From assembly GCA_023150835.1 (NCBI GenBank), contig JAKLKB010000033.1:2411-66410 (forward strand): 64,000 bases of DNA. The letters are read 5' to 3'. The position numbers and the translations under genes are program-made. Positions within the stretch are counted from its first letter, which is position 1, and each line of letters begins with the position of its first letter. Positions 63,612 to 64,000 of this stretch are shown piece by piece. The DNA comes from Myxococcota bacterium. GTDB taxonomy: Bacteria; Myxococcota_C; UBA6777. A model generated the notes under the pieces. The model had not been told where the DNA came from. It saw only the letters and a list, made by a program, of their open reading frames with translations, and made no database searches.

Positions 63612-63822
63612 AATCTTCACAACGTGCATAGGCAAAAAGAACAACGCAGGAAAAGATGTTCACACCCCGAAGGGCGCGAAGTTTCAAGAGAACATCGGTT
63701 GGGGATGTTCGCGGGAGGCGGAGGCAAGGGAAGATACGAGAGAAAGTCTATTAAAATGCCGAAGGGCAGGAGGTTTCAGGAGAACACCGCTTCGATTTGT
63801 TCGGAGAGACCGACGCAAGCGA
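63612..63822. repeat. Second 92-bp-period block, ~2.3 units, direct homologue of 62038-62342
   Basis: Both blocks start AATCTTCACAA...AGGCAAAAAGAA; CCGAAGGGC at 63667 and 63759. Confidence 0.85.
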
Positions 63823-63960
63823 AGGATTCTCGCTCGCTCTCGCTGGCAAGTCTTAGCGCTCAAAACATTTTTTTCTTGGCTCATGTTGTGTTTTGAGGTC
63901 TTCTAAGGTACCTCATGAGCGACGTTTTTGATCGAGTGGGTCCGTTCAAACCAACCTCAG

Positions 63961-63990
63961 CTAGGGCAACCACAGGGGGTTGCCCCTACA
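63961..63990 (-). repeat. GTAG-type REP hairpin (family A core)
   Basis: Minus strand reads TGTAGGGGCAACCCCCTGTGGTTGCCCTAG. Confidence 0.7.
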
Positions 63991-64000
63991 TGTTGGAAAT

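Noticed and set aside
61688..63822. CRISPR array or integron attC cassette array
   Set aside because: The repeats are degenerate along their whole length, I found no paired RYYYAAC/GTTRRRY ends, and there is no integrase or cas gene.

Overview
64 kb of gene-dense chromosome from a moderately GC-rich bacterium. The gene content (several Ser/Thr kinases, an FHA-GAF-sigma54 activator, Cys-rich lipoprotein, GYF_2 and MXAN_5187-like domains) suggests Myxococcota or a related deltaproteobacterial lineage; this is inference. About 34 CDSs include housekeeping genes (uvrC, rel, psd, rlmN, udk, bioY, acetoacetyl-CoA synthetase, cytochrome c peroxidase, TolC), signalling genes and TPR or hypothetical proteins. 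The last ~5 kb is AT-richer and carries an NHL-repeat lipoprotein, an intact IS982 and a DUF697-type GTPase bracketed by a 92-bp-period repeat family. Intergenic DNA holds several REP-carrying MITE-like families and many tandem repeats. I found no rRNA, tRNA, CRISPR-Cas or phage genes. The best candidates for new biology are: a sigma54 promoter / ~500-nt ORF-less GU-rich repeat region / intrinsic terminator unit (28865-29394); the 92-bp repeats around the GTPase; a phased 7-hairpin array upstream of the acetoacetyl-CoA synthetase; a perfect inverted DnaA-box pair away from any dnaA gene; and several enzymes with altered catalytic motifs (Rel lacking HD, rhomboid lacking Ser, M48-like lacking HExxH, permuted DHH protein). 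All family calls come from motif recognition by eye, not database searches, and several start codons are my own picks.
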